Assembly (NCBI GenBank): GCA_041484665.1 | Contig: JBGPIA010000002.1 | Span: 512,001-576,000, forward strand | Direction of reading: 5' to 3' | Source: Candidatus Krumholzibacteriia bacterium | GTDB lineage: Bacteria > Krumholzibacteriota > Krumholzibacteriia > JAJRXK01 | DNA length: 64,000 bases | Part shown: positions 43,031-52,276 of the stretch, in pieces | How the letters are laid out: every line of letters begins with the position of its first letter | How positions within the stretch are numbered: position 1 is the first letter of the stretch | Translations under genes and position numbers: made by a program | The notes under the pieces: generated by a model | The model's database searches: none | Told to the model about the DNA's origin: nothing | Seen by the model: only the letters and a program-made list of their open reading frames with translations

Positions 43031-44236
43031 TCAAGCTGGGGCGAGCAGATGGCGGGCGTGGCGCAGCAGTCGGGGGCTGGCGCGCAGCAGGCGCAGGAAG
43101 AAGCTCCCGGCATCCATGTCGTCGATCCGCCGCTCGTGGAAGGCCTCCCGGCAGGCGGCGACGAGCTGCCCTTTCTCCTGGTCGTCGAGCCGGTCGAACA
43201 CGCGGCGGATCCGCGCCATCACCGCTAGACGCGGGTGCTGGCGGAAGTACTCCTGCCCAGCGCGTGCGAGCCGGCGAGCGGAGAGATCTCCCTGCGCGAG
43301 CGCGGTTGCCAGCGTCTCGGCCGCCAGGCGGGCGCTCGCCATGGCCTCGGCGATTCCGGCGGCGCTGAGCGGATCGGCGGCGCGCAGCGCATCGCCGGCC
43401 GACAGCACGCCCTGGGTGGCCGTCGCAGCGTCGCGCAGCAGGACAGGGATACCGCCTGTGATGTAACCACTTATTTTTCCAACGTTTTGGAATCGAAGTC
43501 TGCGAAACTCCTTCAGAAAGGCCGTGGCGGTGCGGCCGGCCGCCGAGGGCCGGGTCGCGATGATCCCCACCCCGACGTTTGCCTCACTCGGCGCCCGCGG
43601 GAACACCCACGCGTATCCCCCAGGCGCGATCCCGTCGCCGATCCAGAACTCCAGCGTGCCGACCTCGATGTCCACGCCGGTCATCCTGTACTGCGCGCTG
43701 GAGAGAACCTCGGCGACTGAGAGCCGGGTGTCGATCCCCGCCAGCCGGCCGACGGCGCCGGCGATGCCATCGGCGGCCAGCACGGCGGCGCAGGTCACCC
43801 GCGCGACGCCCGCGGGGGTGCGTAGGACGACGCCGCGCAGCGTCCCATCGCGGTCGCGCTCGAGGGCGGCGACCTCGTGCTGCAGCCGTCCATCGGCGCC
43901 TGCGGCGACGGCCAGCTCGAAGACGCGTCGCATGAGGCGGTCGCGGTGCAGCACGTAGCCCACACCCGGCCACAGCAGCCGAGCTCGCTCGCCGCCCGGG
44001 CCCACCAGCAGTCCGGCGTCCACGGGCGCCGCGATCAGATCGGGCGTGAGCAACCCGAACGGGGCGATGCTCCGCGCGCTGACCGCCTCCGCGCAGTAGT
44101 TCAGCGCCCCGGGATCGGCCTTGCGTTCGGCCAGCAGTACGCGCAGGCCGCGCTGGGCGAGGACGCGGGCGGCGGTCGCCCCCGCCAACCCACCTCCAGC
44201 CACGACGACGTCGAATATCTCAGGGATCTCAGGCAC
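43031..44236 (-). CDS. Geranylgeranyl reductase family flavoprotein (DGGGPL-reductase-like)
   Basis: DVVVAGGGLAG, CAEA, AADG, PGGYAWVFP, ANVGVG, GGIP, GDA. Confidence 0.85.
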   Translation of the reverse strand: MPEIPEIFDVVVAGGGLAGATAARVLAQRGLRVLLAERKADPGALNYCAEAVSARSIAPFGLLTPDLIAAPVDAGLLVGPGGERARLLWPGVGYVLHRDRLMRRVFELAVAAGADGRLQHEVAALERDRDGTLRGVVLRTPAGVARVTCAAVLAADGIAGAVGRLAGIDTRLSVAEVLSSAQYRMTGVDIEVGTLEFWIGDGIAPGGYAWVFPRAPSEANVGVGIIATRPSAAGRTATAFLKEFRRLRFQNVGKISGYITGGIPVLLRDAATATQGVLSAGDALRAADPLSAAGIAEAMASARLAAETLATALAQGDLSARRLARAGQEYFRQHPRLAVMARIRRVFDRLDDQEKGQLVAACREAFHERRIDDMDAGSFFLRLLRASPRLLRHARHLLAPA

Positions 44237-44465
44237 GGCCGCGCTCGCGGGGTGCCGCGGGCGGCGCCGGAGACCCGCCCCCCGCCGTCGGCTGCGGATG
44301 CAGCACGAGCGCCGAGGCCGGGCACACCGCCAGGCAGCTGCGGTCGTCGCCGCAGCGATGCGCCGTCCAAACCAGACGGTCACCCTCCATGAGCAGGGCC
44401 AGGGTGGGGCAGACGGCGATGCAGGCGTCGCAGACGCGGCAGAGCCGGTGAAGCACCTCGATCAT
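44229..44465 (-). CDS. 2x[4Fe-4S]-type ferredoxin
   Basis: CRVCDACIAVCP and CGDDRSCLAVCP; overlaps the start of the reductase gene. Confidence 0.8.
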   Translation of the reverse strand: MIEVLHRLCRVCDACIAVCPTLALLMEGDRLVWTAHRCGDDRSCLAVCPASALVLHPQPTAGGGSPAPPAAPRERGRA

Positions 44466-44520
44466 GCGCCACGCTCCGGCCAGGAGGTTCCCCTCGCGGC
44501 GCCCGCGGCCGCGGTCACGG

Positions 44521-45768
44521 TCAGGCGTCCCACCGCGGGGGCAGGCGTAGGATCTCCACGACGGTTCCCGCCTCGAAGTGCTCGAGGAGATCCGGCAGCA
44601 GCGCAAGCGCGCCGCTGCGGGCCAGCGATACGAAGTCCCCCGAGCCATGATGCTCGGTGGGCCGGGCCAGTGGCAGTCCCGGTGCAGGCGGCGCGTGAAG
44701 GGATACGGGGAACAGCCAGGGACGTGTTCCCTTGCGGCGCATGGGGCGCTCCAGTGCCGCGTAGGCGGGCGGCGGAGCCAGCGTGATCTCCCCCATCCGC
44801 CGGCGCAGGCCGGCCGAGTACACCGCCACCAGCGTCGCGAACACCGCCACGGGGTTGCCCGGCAGCGCGAAGACGACGCCTCCGGCGTGCACGCCGAAGG
44901 CGGCGGGATGCCCCGGACGCAGGTGCAGCGCGCCGAAGCGCAGCTCGACGCCGCAGGCCGCGAGCGCAGCTCTCACGTAGTCCTTCTGGCCTGCACTCAC
45001 GCCTCCGCTGACGACGACCAGCTCGAAGCGCCGCAGCGCGTCCCGCAGCGCGTCGGTCACCGCGCCCGCCTGGTCGCGCACGACACCCAGGTCGGCGCAG
45101 GGGACGCCGAAGTCGGCGAGCACCGCCCGCACGCAGGCATTGTTCGACTCGCGGATCTGCCCCGGTCCCGGCACTGCTCCAACCGGGACCAGCTCGTCCC
45201 CCGTGGAGAGCACCGCCGCCCGCGGCGGCTCCACCACGCGCACCACGGCGTGGCCGGTCGAAGCCAGCGCCTGCACGTGGTGGCTGTAGAGGCGCGTCCC
45301 CGCGCGCAGCACAACCTCTCCAACGTCGAGGTCCTCGCCGCGCGCGGCGACGGCGGTCCCGGGGTCCACGGCAGCATGGATCTCTGCCCAATCGTCGCGG
45401 AAACCGCTGGTGTCCTCGACGCGCACCACCGCGTCTGCACCGTCGGGCAGCGCCGCGCCCGTCATGGCACGCACGGCCTCCCGCGCGTCGAGAACGCGGG
45501 CCAGCGGCACGCCGGCCGCCGCCTCGCCAACGATCCGCAGACGCACCGGCGTCGCCGGAGTTGCGCCGCGTACGTCCGCCGCACGCACGGCGTAACCGTC
45601 CATGGTCACCCGCGGGTACGGAGGCAGCGGGATGTCGCTGGTCACGTCTGCGGCGAGCACCAGGCCCAGCGCGTCCGCGAGCGGCCGGTTTCCCACCGGG
45701 CCGGCCGGCCAGGCGTCCCACAGGACCCTGCGGGCCTGCTCCAGCTTCAGCGCCGTCATGGGCCGCAT
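44521..45768 (-). CDS. moeA: Molybdopterin molybdotransferase
   Basis: MDGYAV, MTGAALPDGADAVVRVED, STGDEL, SGGVSAG, LPGNPVA; start 45768 or 45759. Confidence 0.93.
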   Translation of the reverse strand: MRPMTALKLEQARRVLWDAWPAGPVGNRPLADALGLVLAADVTSDIPLPPYPRVTMDGYAVRAADVRGATPATPVRLRIVGEAAAGVPLARVLDAREAVRAMTGAALPDGADAVVRVEDTSGFRDDWAEIHAAVDPGTAVAARGEDLDVGEVVLRAGTRLYSHHVQALASTGHAVVRVVEPPRAAVLSTGDELVPVGAVPGPGQIRESNNACVRAVLADFGVPCADLGVVRDQAGAVTDALRDALRRFELVVVSGGVSAGQKDYVRAALAACGVELRFGALHLRPGHPAAFGVHAGGVVFALPGNPVAVFATLVAVYSAGLRRRMGEITLAPPPAYAALERPMRRKGTRPWLFPVSLHAPPAPGLPLARPTEHHGSGDFVSLARSGALALLPDLLEHFEAGTVVEILRLPPRWDA

Positions 45769-45995
45769 CGTACCACAGCGACCCAACAGAACGCCGCTGC
45801 GGCCGCGCGGAGCGGGCGCTGCGTGGCACGCCCGGCGAGGGGCGGGCTGCGGCGCGGCCACGGCCGCCCGGCCTGCGGCGCGTCGCTGGGCACGCCCGAA
45901 GGCGGGGCTCAAGGATCGCACGGGGATGGACGAAACCTTACGGGAAGCCGTGGGGAAGGACCCGCACACCCTCTTCGGGGGACCAGCACACGCCG

Positions 45996-46652
45996 ATGAT
46001 GCTCCGCAGCCCCAACGACCGGGCCCTCGATCACGACAGCCTCGAAACCCCGCCGGCCTCGCCGCAACGGCAGGTCGCGGCGCTGCGCCCACTGGCCAAT
46101 GGCGCCGGCGTGCTCGTCGCCCGCAGTCTTTCCCGCCTGCTGGACCGTCCCCTGCGCGTCACCAGCTGCCGGGTGGTGGTGGCCGAGCCGTTGGGAATGC
46201 TGCGCGACGTCGAGCCCGACTCCACCGGCCCGTTCGGGGTGCGCGTGCCGCTGCGTGGTGACGTCCCGGGCTGGATCGCGGTCCAGATCCCGCGCGCCCG
46301 CCTCGGCGAGGTCCAGGAGGACCTGGTGCGCGGCCTGGCGCTCCCAGCACCCCTGCGCGATCAAATCCTCGACTCGGCCCTCCTCGAGATGGGCGCCATC
46401 GCGGCCGGCTCGTTCACAACGGTGATGAGCGGAGTTCTACAACTCGATGTGAATCCGATGGTTCCGCAGCTCGGACTGGAGCGCCCCGCCAGCCCCGCGG
46501 CCGGAGCTGGCGCGGGCAATCAGGCCCCAGCCGAGGTGCTGCTCGTCCACGTGCAGCTTGCCGACCTGCAAGGTGGCCCGCTGTGCAACCTGCTGCTCGT
46601 GCCCGATGTCCCCGGCCTGCGCCGGATGGTCGCGATCCTGGAGGAGGGTTGA
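45996..46652 (+). CDS. CheC-like protein with degenerate phosphatase motifs
   Basis: ALRPLANGAG...SLSRLL and DSALLEMGAIAAGSFTTVMS...VP; LLLVPD C-terminus; precedes a cheY-like gene. Confidence 0.65.
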   Translation: MMLRSPNDRALDHDSLETPPASPQRQVAALRPLANGAGVLVARSLSRLLDRPLRVTSCRVVVAEPLGMLRDVEPDSTGPFGVRVPLRGDVPGWIAVQIPRARLGEVQEDLVRGLALPAPLRDQILDSALLEMGAIAAGSFTTVMSGVLQLDVNPMVPQLGLERPASPAAGAGAGNQAPAEVLLVHVQLADLQGGPLCNLLLVPDVPGLRRMVAILEEG

Positions 46653-46654
46653 GC

Positions 46655-47020
46655 GTGGCCCGGGTGCTGATCGTCGACGACTCGACCTTCTCAAGGCTGC
46701 GCCTGCGCGCGATGCTCGAGTCGGTCGGCGCCGAGGTGATCGGCGAGGCCGAGAGCGGTGACGCAGGCGTGGCGCTCTGCGCCCAGCTCGGCCCTGACCT
46801 CGTGACCATGGACTGCGATCTGCCCGGATTGTCGGGGATCGAGGCCACCCGCCGCATCGTCGCTTCCGACCCTCAGGCGCGCGTGCTCATGATCAGCGCG
46901 CTGGCGCACCGCCAAGTCGTCCTGGATGCGATGCGGGCCGGGGCGCGCGACTTCCTCACCAAGCCGGTCGACCCCGCGCAGCTGCGCGCCTCGCTCGAAC
47001 GCGTCCTGGGGGACGTGTAG
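46655..47020 (+). CDS. CheY-like single-domain response regulator
   Basis: VLIVDDS, VTMD, MISA, FLTKP. Confidence 0.9.
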   Translation: MARVLIVDDSTFSRLRLRAMLESVGAEVIGEAESGDAGVALCAQLGPDLVTMDCDLPGLSGIEATRRIVASDPQARVLMISALAHRQVVLDAMRAGARDFLTKPVDPAQLRASLERVLGDV

Positions 47021-47038
47021 CGAACGCGTGGCAGACGC

Positions 47039-47878
47039 TCAGGCGTGCGCTGCCGCAAGCAGGGGCCGCAGGAAGGCGATCGCACGCGCCACGACGTCTT
47101 CGGGCTCGCTCGCGGTGCCGATGGCATCGAGCAGAGCGCTCCCCACCACGGCGCCGTCGGCGAAGCGCGCGACGCCGGCCACGTCCTCCGGACGCGCGAT
47201 ACCAAAGCCCACGGCGACGGGGACATCGCTCACCGCGCGCAGTCGCTGCACGGTTTGCTGCGCCGCGGGATCCAATCGCCCGCGGGCGCCGGTGACGCCC
47301 AGCGTCGACACGCAGTAGACGAAGCCGGTACTGGCGGCCGCCGCCGCTTCGACGCGGGCGCGGTCGCTGGTCGCTGCGATCAGGAAGCACGTCTCGATGC
47401 GCGCGGCGCGCGCGATCGCCAGCCACTCCCCCGCCTCCTCCGGCACCAGATCGGTCACGAGTGCCGCGGACACGCCCGCGGCGCGCAGGGCTGGCGGCAG
47501 GCCAAGCAGCCCGTGGGCGAGCAGCGGATTGAGGTAGCTGAACAGGATGCGGGGGCAGCCGGGAGCGCGCCCGTGCAGGGAGGCCAGCACCGCGCGCAGC
47601 GTGACGCCCTGGCGCAGTGCGGCGTCGATGGTGCGCTGGATGGTCGGACCGTCGGCTACCGGATCGCTGAACGGGACGCCCAACTCAATGGCGTCCACCC
47701 CGAGCTCCTCGAGCGCCGCCATCAGCGCCAGGCTCGCCGGGAGCGTCGGATACCCCATCGTGAGGTACGGAATCAGGGCGCACCGGCCACGCGCGCGAGC
47801 GGCGAGCAGGGCCTCCCGCGCCGAGCGAACCGCTGGGTCGCTATGCGCGTCCCGCGGCGGGTCCGTCGCATCGGGCAT
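47039..47878 (-). CDS. trpA: Tryptophan synthase alpha subunit
   Basis: IELGVPFSDPVADGPTIQ, GFVYCVSTLGVTG, VGFGI, DGAVVGSA. Confidence 0.95.
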   Translation of the reverse strand: MPDATDPPRDAHSDPAVRSAREALLAARARGRCALIPYLTMGYPTLPASLALMAALEELGVDAIELGVPFSDPVADGPTIQRTIDAALRQGVTLRAVLASLHGRAPGCPRILFSYLNPLLAHGLLGLPPALRAAGVSAALVTDLVPEEAGEWLAIARAARIETCFLIAATSDRARVEAAAAASTGFVYCVSTLGVTGARGRLDPAAQQTVQRLRAVSDVPVAVGFGIARPEDVAGVARFADGAVVGSALLDAIGTASEPEDVVARAIAFLRPLLAAAHA

Positions 47879-47906
47879 GGAATCCGTAGGTGGCTGGGGG
47901 GAGCGG

Positions 47907-48755
47907 TCAGCCGGCCAGCGCGCGCGCCCGGCGGAAGCTGTCGCGCGCCTGTTCCTTCATCGCCAAGCCATCGTAGGCCATCCCGAGCTGGTAGTGCACG
48001 CGCCCGTCGTCCTCCAGCTGGCGCGCGGCCTTGGTCAGCTCGTCGGCCGCCTCCCGGTAGTGGCCGAGCTTGTTGAGCGCCATCCCCAGGTAGAGGCGCG
48101 CCCGGGCATGCTCCGGGTCGTGGCGCAGCGCCTCGCGGAACGACGACACGGCGTCTTGCGTCATCCCCCGCCGGAAGCGGCACTGCCCGAGGAGGTAGTG
48201 CGCCTGCGCGTGCGCGGGATCGTGGTGGAGCGCCTCCGCGAGCAGCCCCTCGGCCGCCAGCAGGTTGCCCTGGCGCAGGCGCACCACGGCGAGGTTGAAG
48301 CTGGGCTCGAAACCGGGGGCCAGCTCGGCGCAGCGTTGGAGGGCCTTGACGGCCTCTTCGTAGCGGCCCAGCTCGCCGTACAGCGCGCCCAGATTGAGAT
48401 GCGCCGCGGGCTCGCGCGGCGCGAGCTGGATCGCGCGCCGGAACGCGGCAATCGCCTCGGTCGCGCGACCCTGCAGGTCCAGGACCACGCCCAGATTCGT
48501 GTGGACGCGCGCCTCCTCGAAGCGCTCGCGCAGGACGCGCCGCAGCAACCCCTCGGCCTCGTCGAGGCGCCGCTGCTTCATGCGGATGAGCGCCAGACGG
48601 TAGGCCGCATCGGCATCCGCCGGGGCCGCTTCGAGCTGCGACGACAACGCCGCTGCGGTGTCCTCCAGCTCGGCGCGCTGCTCCGGCGCACGCGCCTGCC
48701 GCAGCGTCGCCATCTGCGCGGCCGTTTCCTTCGTCCGTGTTGCCATCGGTTGCAT
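47907..48755 (-). CDS. TPR-repeat protein
   Basis: About 7 TPR units (e.g. AHLNLGALYGELGRYEEA). Confidence 0.88.
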   Translation of the reverse strand: MQPMATRTKETAAQMATLRQARAPEQRAELEDTAAALSSQLEAAPADADAAYRLALIRMKQRRLDEAEGLLRRVLRERFEEARVHTNLGVVLDLQGRATEAIAAFRRAIQLAPREPAAHLNLGALYGELGRYEEAVKALQRCAELAPGFEPSFNLAVVRLRQGNLLAAEGLLAEALHHDPAHAQAHYLLGQCRFRRGMTQDAVSSFREALRHDPEHARARLYLGMALNKLGHYREAADELTKAARQLEDDGRVHYQLGMAYDGLAMKEQARDSFRRARALAG

Positions 48756-48879
48756 GTGTTACGCCGCCACGTGGGGCGGAAGGAGTGGCGGCGGCGCGAA
48801 CGTATGCGCTGGCGTGACGGCTGTCAACGCACAGACACACGGAATGCAGCGCGCCGGGCGCACGCCGCGCGCGCAGGGG

Positions 48880-50544
48880 TCAGTGGGCGACCTTGAGGTT
48901 GAGGACGATGCGGATCGTCTTGCCGTCGGCCAGCGCGTCGGCGTCGAGCGTGATCGGCACCTCGATGATCTTGGCGTTCGCGAGGCGGCTGGCGAAGCCG
49001 AACTGTGACGTCTCCGACGCCCTCTCCGCGGCGGCCTTCGATGCCGCGGCGTCGCTGCTCAGCTTGCGGGGATCGGTGATGAGCTCCAAGTGGACCTCGG
49101 GAGGGGGCGGCTGCGACCCCGCCACGCCGGCCGCCATGGCCGGCGCGGCCGCCGCCGCCGGTGCCACCGGTGCCGTCGGCGCTCCCTGGGGACGCACCGG
49201 CGGCGGAGCTGCTGCGGGACGTGCGGTCGCGGCATCGGCCGCCCCGGCCACGTCCTTGCCGTCCAGGCTCACCATCCGCCCGTAGCTGCTGCCGTAGGTG
49301 AGGGGATCGTCGCCGTGCGCAGGGCCCGTCTGCGCCCCCTCGACGGTCGGGGGGGCGGAAGTCTCGCGGGGCCTCTGGCCATCCATGGGCGAGAGCACAT
49401 TGTCGACCAGGTCGGAGACGAGCTTCTGCTCGGGTCCCTCCGCCTGCGGCGTCGCAGCCGGCCTGCGCGGCGTGCCCGTGTGGAGCGCGGGCGCGGCGGG
49501 CGGGCGCTGGCTGGGTGGCGCGGCTGCCGGCCGTGGCCCGGAGGGAGCCGAGGGTGGGCTGCTCCGTGGCCCTGCGGCAGCGCCTTGGACCGTAGCGCGC
49601 GGACCCGAGGGAGGCGAGTGCACCGGGCCGCGCAGTCCGGGCCCGGCCGCCGGCGCCGCGCTGCGCGGTCCCGCGGGTACCGCCGCAGCGGGCACCGGTC
49701 CCAGAGGCCCGGACGGGGAAGCCGAGGCCCGCAGTGGAGACGCCGCGCCGGCGGTCCCGGGGCGGACCGCGCCCAGGATCGCGTCCAGCACGGCTCCGTC
49801 GCTCTGGGCGGGCTCGTGCGCCCCCGCGCGCGGGGCGACCGCCACGGGCTCGTGCACCTCCGGAGGCGCGTCGAGCTGCTGCAAGCGCGCGGCGATGTCG
49901 GCGCCGAAGAGGGAGGTTTCCTCCTCGCGCTCGGGCGGCCTGGACTGCGTCGCCCCCTCCTCCCCCGTGGTCAGGCGGCGGTAGATCATCTTGCTGATGC
50001 GATGCAGCGTCTCGTAGACCCCCTCGCCGGTGAGGGCGGACGCCTCGAAGCTCGGGACTGCGCGCGGGTTGAGCTGCCCTTCCATCTCCTCGACCGGATC
50101 GCAGTTGGGTAGATCGCGCTTGTTCCACTGCATCACGAGCGGCAGCGTCTCCAGGTCGAGACCGATCTCCTCGAGATTCTCGCGGAGGTTCTGCAGGCTG
50201 TCGCGGTTGTCCTGCATGCGACCCTGTTCGCTGTCGGCGACGAACACCACTCCATCGACGCCCTTGAGGACCATCTTGCGGGTGGCGTTGTAGTAGACCT
50301 GCCCGGGGACGGTGTAGAGCATGAAGCGGGTCTTGAATCCGTCGATCAGGCCCAGCTCCAGGGGCAGGAAGTCGAAGAAGATCGTGCGGTCGGTCTGCGT
50401 GCGCAGGGAGATCATCTTGCCCGAGTACTCGAGCGGGATCTTGGAGTAGATCCACTCCAGATTGGTGGTCTTCCCGCTGAGCGCCGGACCGTAGTAGACG
50501 ATCTTGGCGTTGATCTCCTTGCCGCTGTAGTTGTAGACGACCAT
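48880..50544 (-). CDS. MglA-like small GTPase with about 360-aa Pro/Ala-rich C-terminal extension
   Basis: KIVYYGPALSGKTTN, DRTIFFDF, YTVPGQVYY, VFVADS, NKRD, ASA. Confidence 0.9.
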   Translation of the reverse strand: MVVYNYSGKEINAKIVYYGPALSGKTTNLEWIYSKIPLEYSGKMISLRTQTDRTIFFDFLPLELGLIDGFKTRFMLYTVPGQVYYNATRKMVLKGVDGVVFVADSEQGRMQDNRDSLQNLRENLEEIGLDLETLPLVMQWNKRDLPNCDPVEEMEGQLNPRAVPSFEASALTGEGVYETLHRISKMIYRRLTTGEEGATQSRPPEREEETSLFGADIAARLQQLDAPPEVHEPVAVAPRAGAHEPAQSDGAVLDAILGAVRPGTAGAASPLRASASPSGPLGPVPAAAVPAGPRSAAPAAGPGLRGPVHSPPSGPRATVQGAAAGPRSSPPSAPSGPRPAAAPPSQRPPAAPALHTGTPRRPAATPQAEGPEQKLVSDLVDNVLSPMDGQRPRETSAPPTVEGAQTGPAHGDDPLTYGSSYGRMVSLDGKDVAGAADAATARPAAAPPPVRPQGAPTAPVAPAAAAAPAMAAGVAGSQPPPPEVHLELITDPRKLSSDAAASKAAAERASETSQFGFASRLANAKIIEVPITLDADALADGKTIRIVLNLKVAH

Positions 50545-50601
50545 CGGGCCTCACTCAGCAGAAGAACGTCTGGTTCGGGGAGTCCTGTCGGTGCAGCGAA
50601 A

Positions 50602-50617
50602 CGCAATCTCCATGCCA
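50602..50617 (-). promoter_or_regulatory. Sigma54-type promoter for the mglA-like gene
   Basis: TGGCATGGAGATTGCG (GG-N10-GC). Confidence 0.55.
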
Positions 50618-50772
50618 CCCGCGGCGTTGCGCCACGCGGCCCCCCTAGCTGGGGTTCACCCCCCATCTCCGGTCCCGGCGAGAGCCGGCGGCTCTCCGTA
50701 GCCGACCCTTCCCGGCCGGTCGGCGCCCCCCGAGGCGTGCCCGCGCAGCCCCACGCCCACCCCACCCCAATC

Positions 50773-50788
50773 GGGCACCTGGCTTGCA
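50773..50788 (+). promoter_or_regulatory. Sigma54-type promoter for hypothetical gene 50871-51401
   Basis: GGGCACCTGGCTTGCA (GGCAC-N5-TTGCA). Confidence 0.55.
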
Positions 50789-50870
50789 AGGGCTGGTCAG
50801 GCTTGCCGGGGCCAGCCGCGCGCTGCGGCGTCCGCGGCGGGGCGTCCGGCCCCATCCACCGGGGGGATCC

Positions 50871-51401
50871 ATGGTCAGCAACACCGACAAGATCCTGACC
50901 GAGATGTTCGCGCGGCTGCTGAACATCAAGGTCAGCCCTCCGGTCGTGAAGAAGCTCACCTATGTGATCGACGGCGTGATCACCAAGGTCCAGGGCTCCC
51001 TGGACCTCGAGACGGTCCAAGGCCAGAACACATTCCGAGCACTCATCTGCTCGATGGTCGTCCACGGCTGGGGCCTGGGCATGCACCCCGACAACAACCC
51101 CGCCCAGAACCAGGACGGGCGCGACGTGGAGGTCCAGGTCTGCAAGGACATCCTCGTGCCCGTGAGCAGCCTGCAGTCCCTGCGCTACATCAAGAAGGAC
51201 AAGTACGGACGGGTGAAGAAGGCTCTCTTCGAGCCCGACCAGAACGCGCGCATCCGCAGCCACATCGACAGCATCCTGTCGGAGATCAGCCGTACGAAGT
51301 GGGGCGAGGGCGAGGAGCCCCGGGGCGAGAAGCGCACCGAGAGCGGGGACGGCGAGAGTGTCGAGGGCGGCGAGGGCGGCGAGACGGGCGAGGAGTCCTA
51401 G
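50871..51401 (+). CDS. Hypothetical cytoplasmic protein with acidic C-terminal tail
   Basis: 176 aa, strong GC3 coding bias, GGGGGA RBS; no recognised family. Confidence 0.75.
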   Translation: MVSNTDKILTEMFARLLNIKVSPPVVKKLTYVIDGVITKVQGSLDLETVQGQNTFRALICSMVVHGWGLGMHPDNNPAQNQDGRDVEVQVCKDILVPVSSLQSLRYIKKDKYGRVKKALFEPDQNARIRSHIDSILSEISRTKWGEGEEPRGEKRTESGDGESVEGGEGGETGEES

Positions 51402-52246
51402 CGGCGCGGTCCGGCCTCCAGCAGCGGGGCCAGTCGCTTGCGCAGCACGATCCGCCGGCCACCCTCCTCGTACCGGACCTCATCCACGAGCGACTCCATC
51501 AGGAACAGCCCACGTCCGCCGCCACGCATCCGATTCTCGGGGGCGAGCGGCGACGGCACTGCGTCGCGAGCGAAGCCCTCTCCCTGGTCTTCCACCTGCA
51601 GCGTGAACCCTTCGGCGTCGAGCTCCAGGCGCAGATGGACGACCTTGGCCGGATCCCAGCCGTTGCCATGCCCCATCGCGTTGGTCACGGCTTCGTCGAT
51701 CACCAGCGGCAGATCGCCGCGCACCATCTGCAAGGGATAGCTCAGACTGTCGAAGCGCTCGCACAAGAGCTGGATGACCCCCGGCAGAAGCTCCCTGCGC
51801 GTGGGAAGCGTGAGCTCGTGGAGCTCACGCCGCCCGTGCACGACACTGCCGGGGAAGAGCGCCGAGAGGTAGGCGAGATCGCGGAATGCGCTGAGCGCTC
51901 CCAGCACAGGCCAGGGTGGGCGCAGCACGGTGCACGCCCCTTCCCAGACCAACTCGCGCTCCTCCTCGGCCGAAACCGAGCGTGTGGCGATCGCCACGCG
52001 GGCCTGTGGGCTGGCGTCCAGCACGCGTGCGTGCCAGCCGCAGTGCAGCTGCGCCCGCGTGGCCGCCGCAATCATCACCCGCGCTGGGGACGGGTCATCG
52101 CCCGCGAGCGCGGCGCCCAGCGCCTCCAGATCGGAGTGCTCGCGCCACTGCACGCCGGCAAAGCCTTGGGCCTGGCGCAGCTCGTCGGCTAGACCGCGGT
52201 CCAGCGCGACGAGGTGCACGACGCATGGCGCCCGATTGCTGCGCAT
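51398..52246 (-). CDS. RsbW-like anti-sigma factor/HATPase with degenerate N-terminal receiver-like domain
   Basis: DEAVTNAMGHGN, EDQGEGF, GGRGLFLMESLVDEV. Confidence 0.82.
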   Translation of the reverse strand: MRSNRAPCVVHLVALDRGLADELRQAQGFAGVQWREHSDLEALGAALAGDDPSPARVMIAAATRAQLHCGWHARVLDASPQARVAIATRSVSAEEERELVWEGACTVLRPPWPVLGALSAFRDLAYLSALFPGSVVHGRRELHELTLPTRRELLPGVIQLLCERFDSLSYPLQMVRGDLPLVIDEAVTNAMGHGNGWDPAKVVHLRLELDAEGFTLQVEDQGEGFARDAVPSPLAPENRMRGGGRGLFLMESLVDEVRYEEGGRRIVLRKRLAPLLEAGPRR

Positions 52247-52276
52247 CGCACGGCCTCGTCCGCTGGCAGCCGGATC

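Noticed and set aside
48751..48766. Minus-strand CGGCGTAACACATGCA (GG-N10-GC) before the TPR gene
   Set aside because: Overlaps the predicted start codon and matches the consensus poorly
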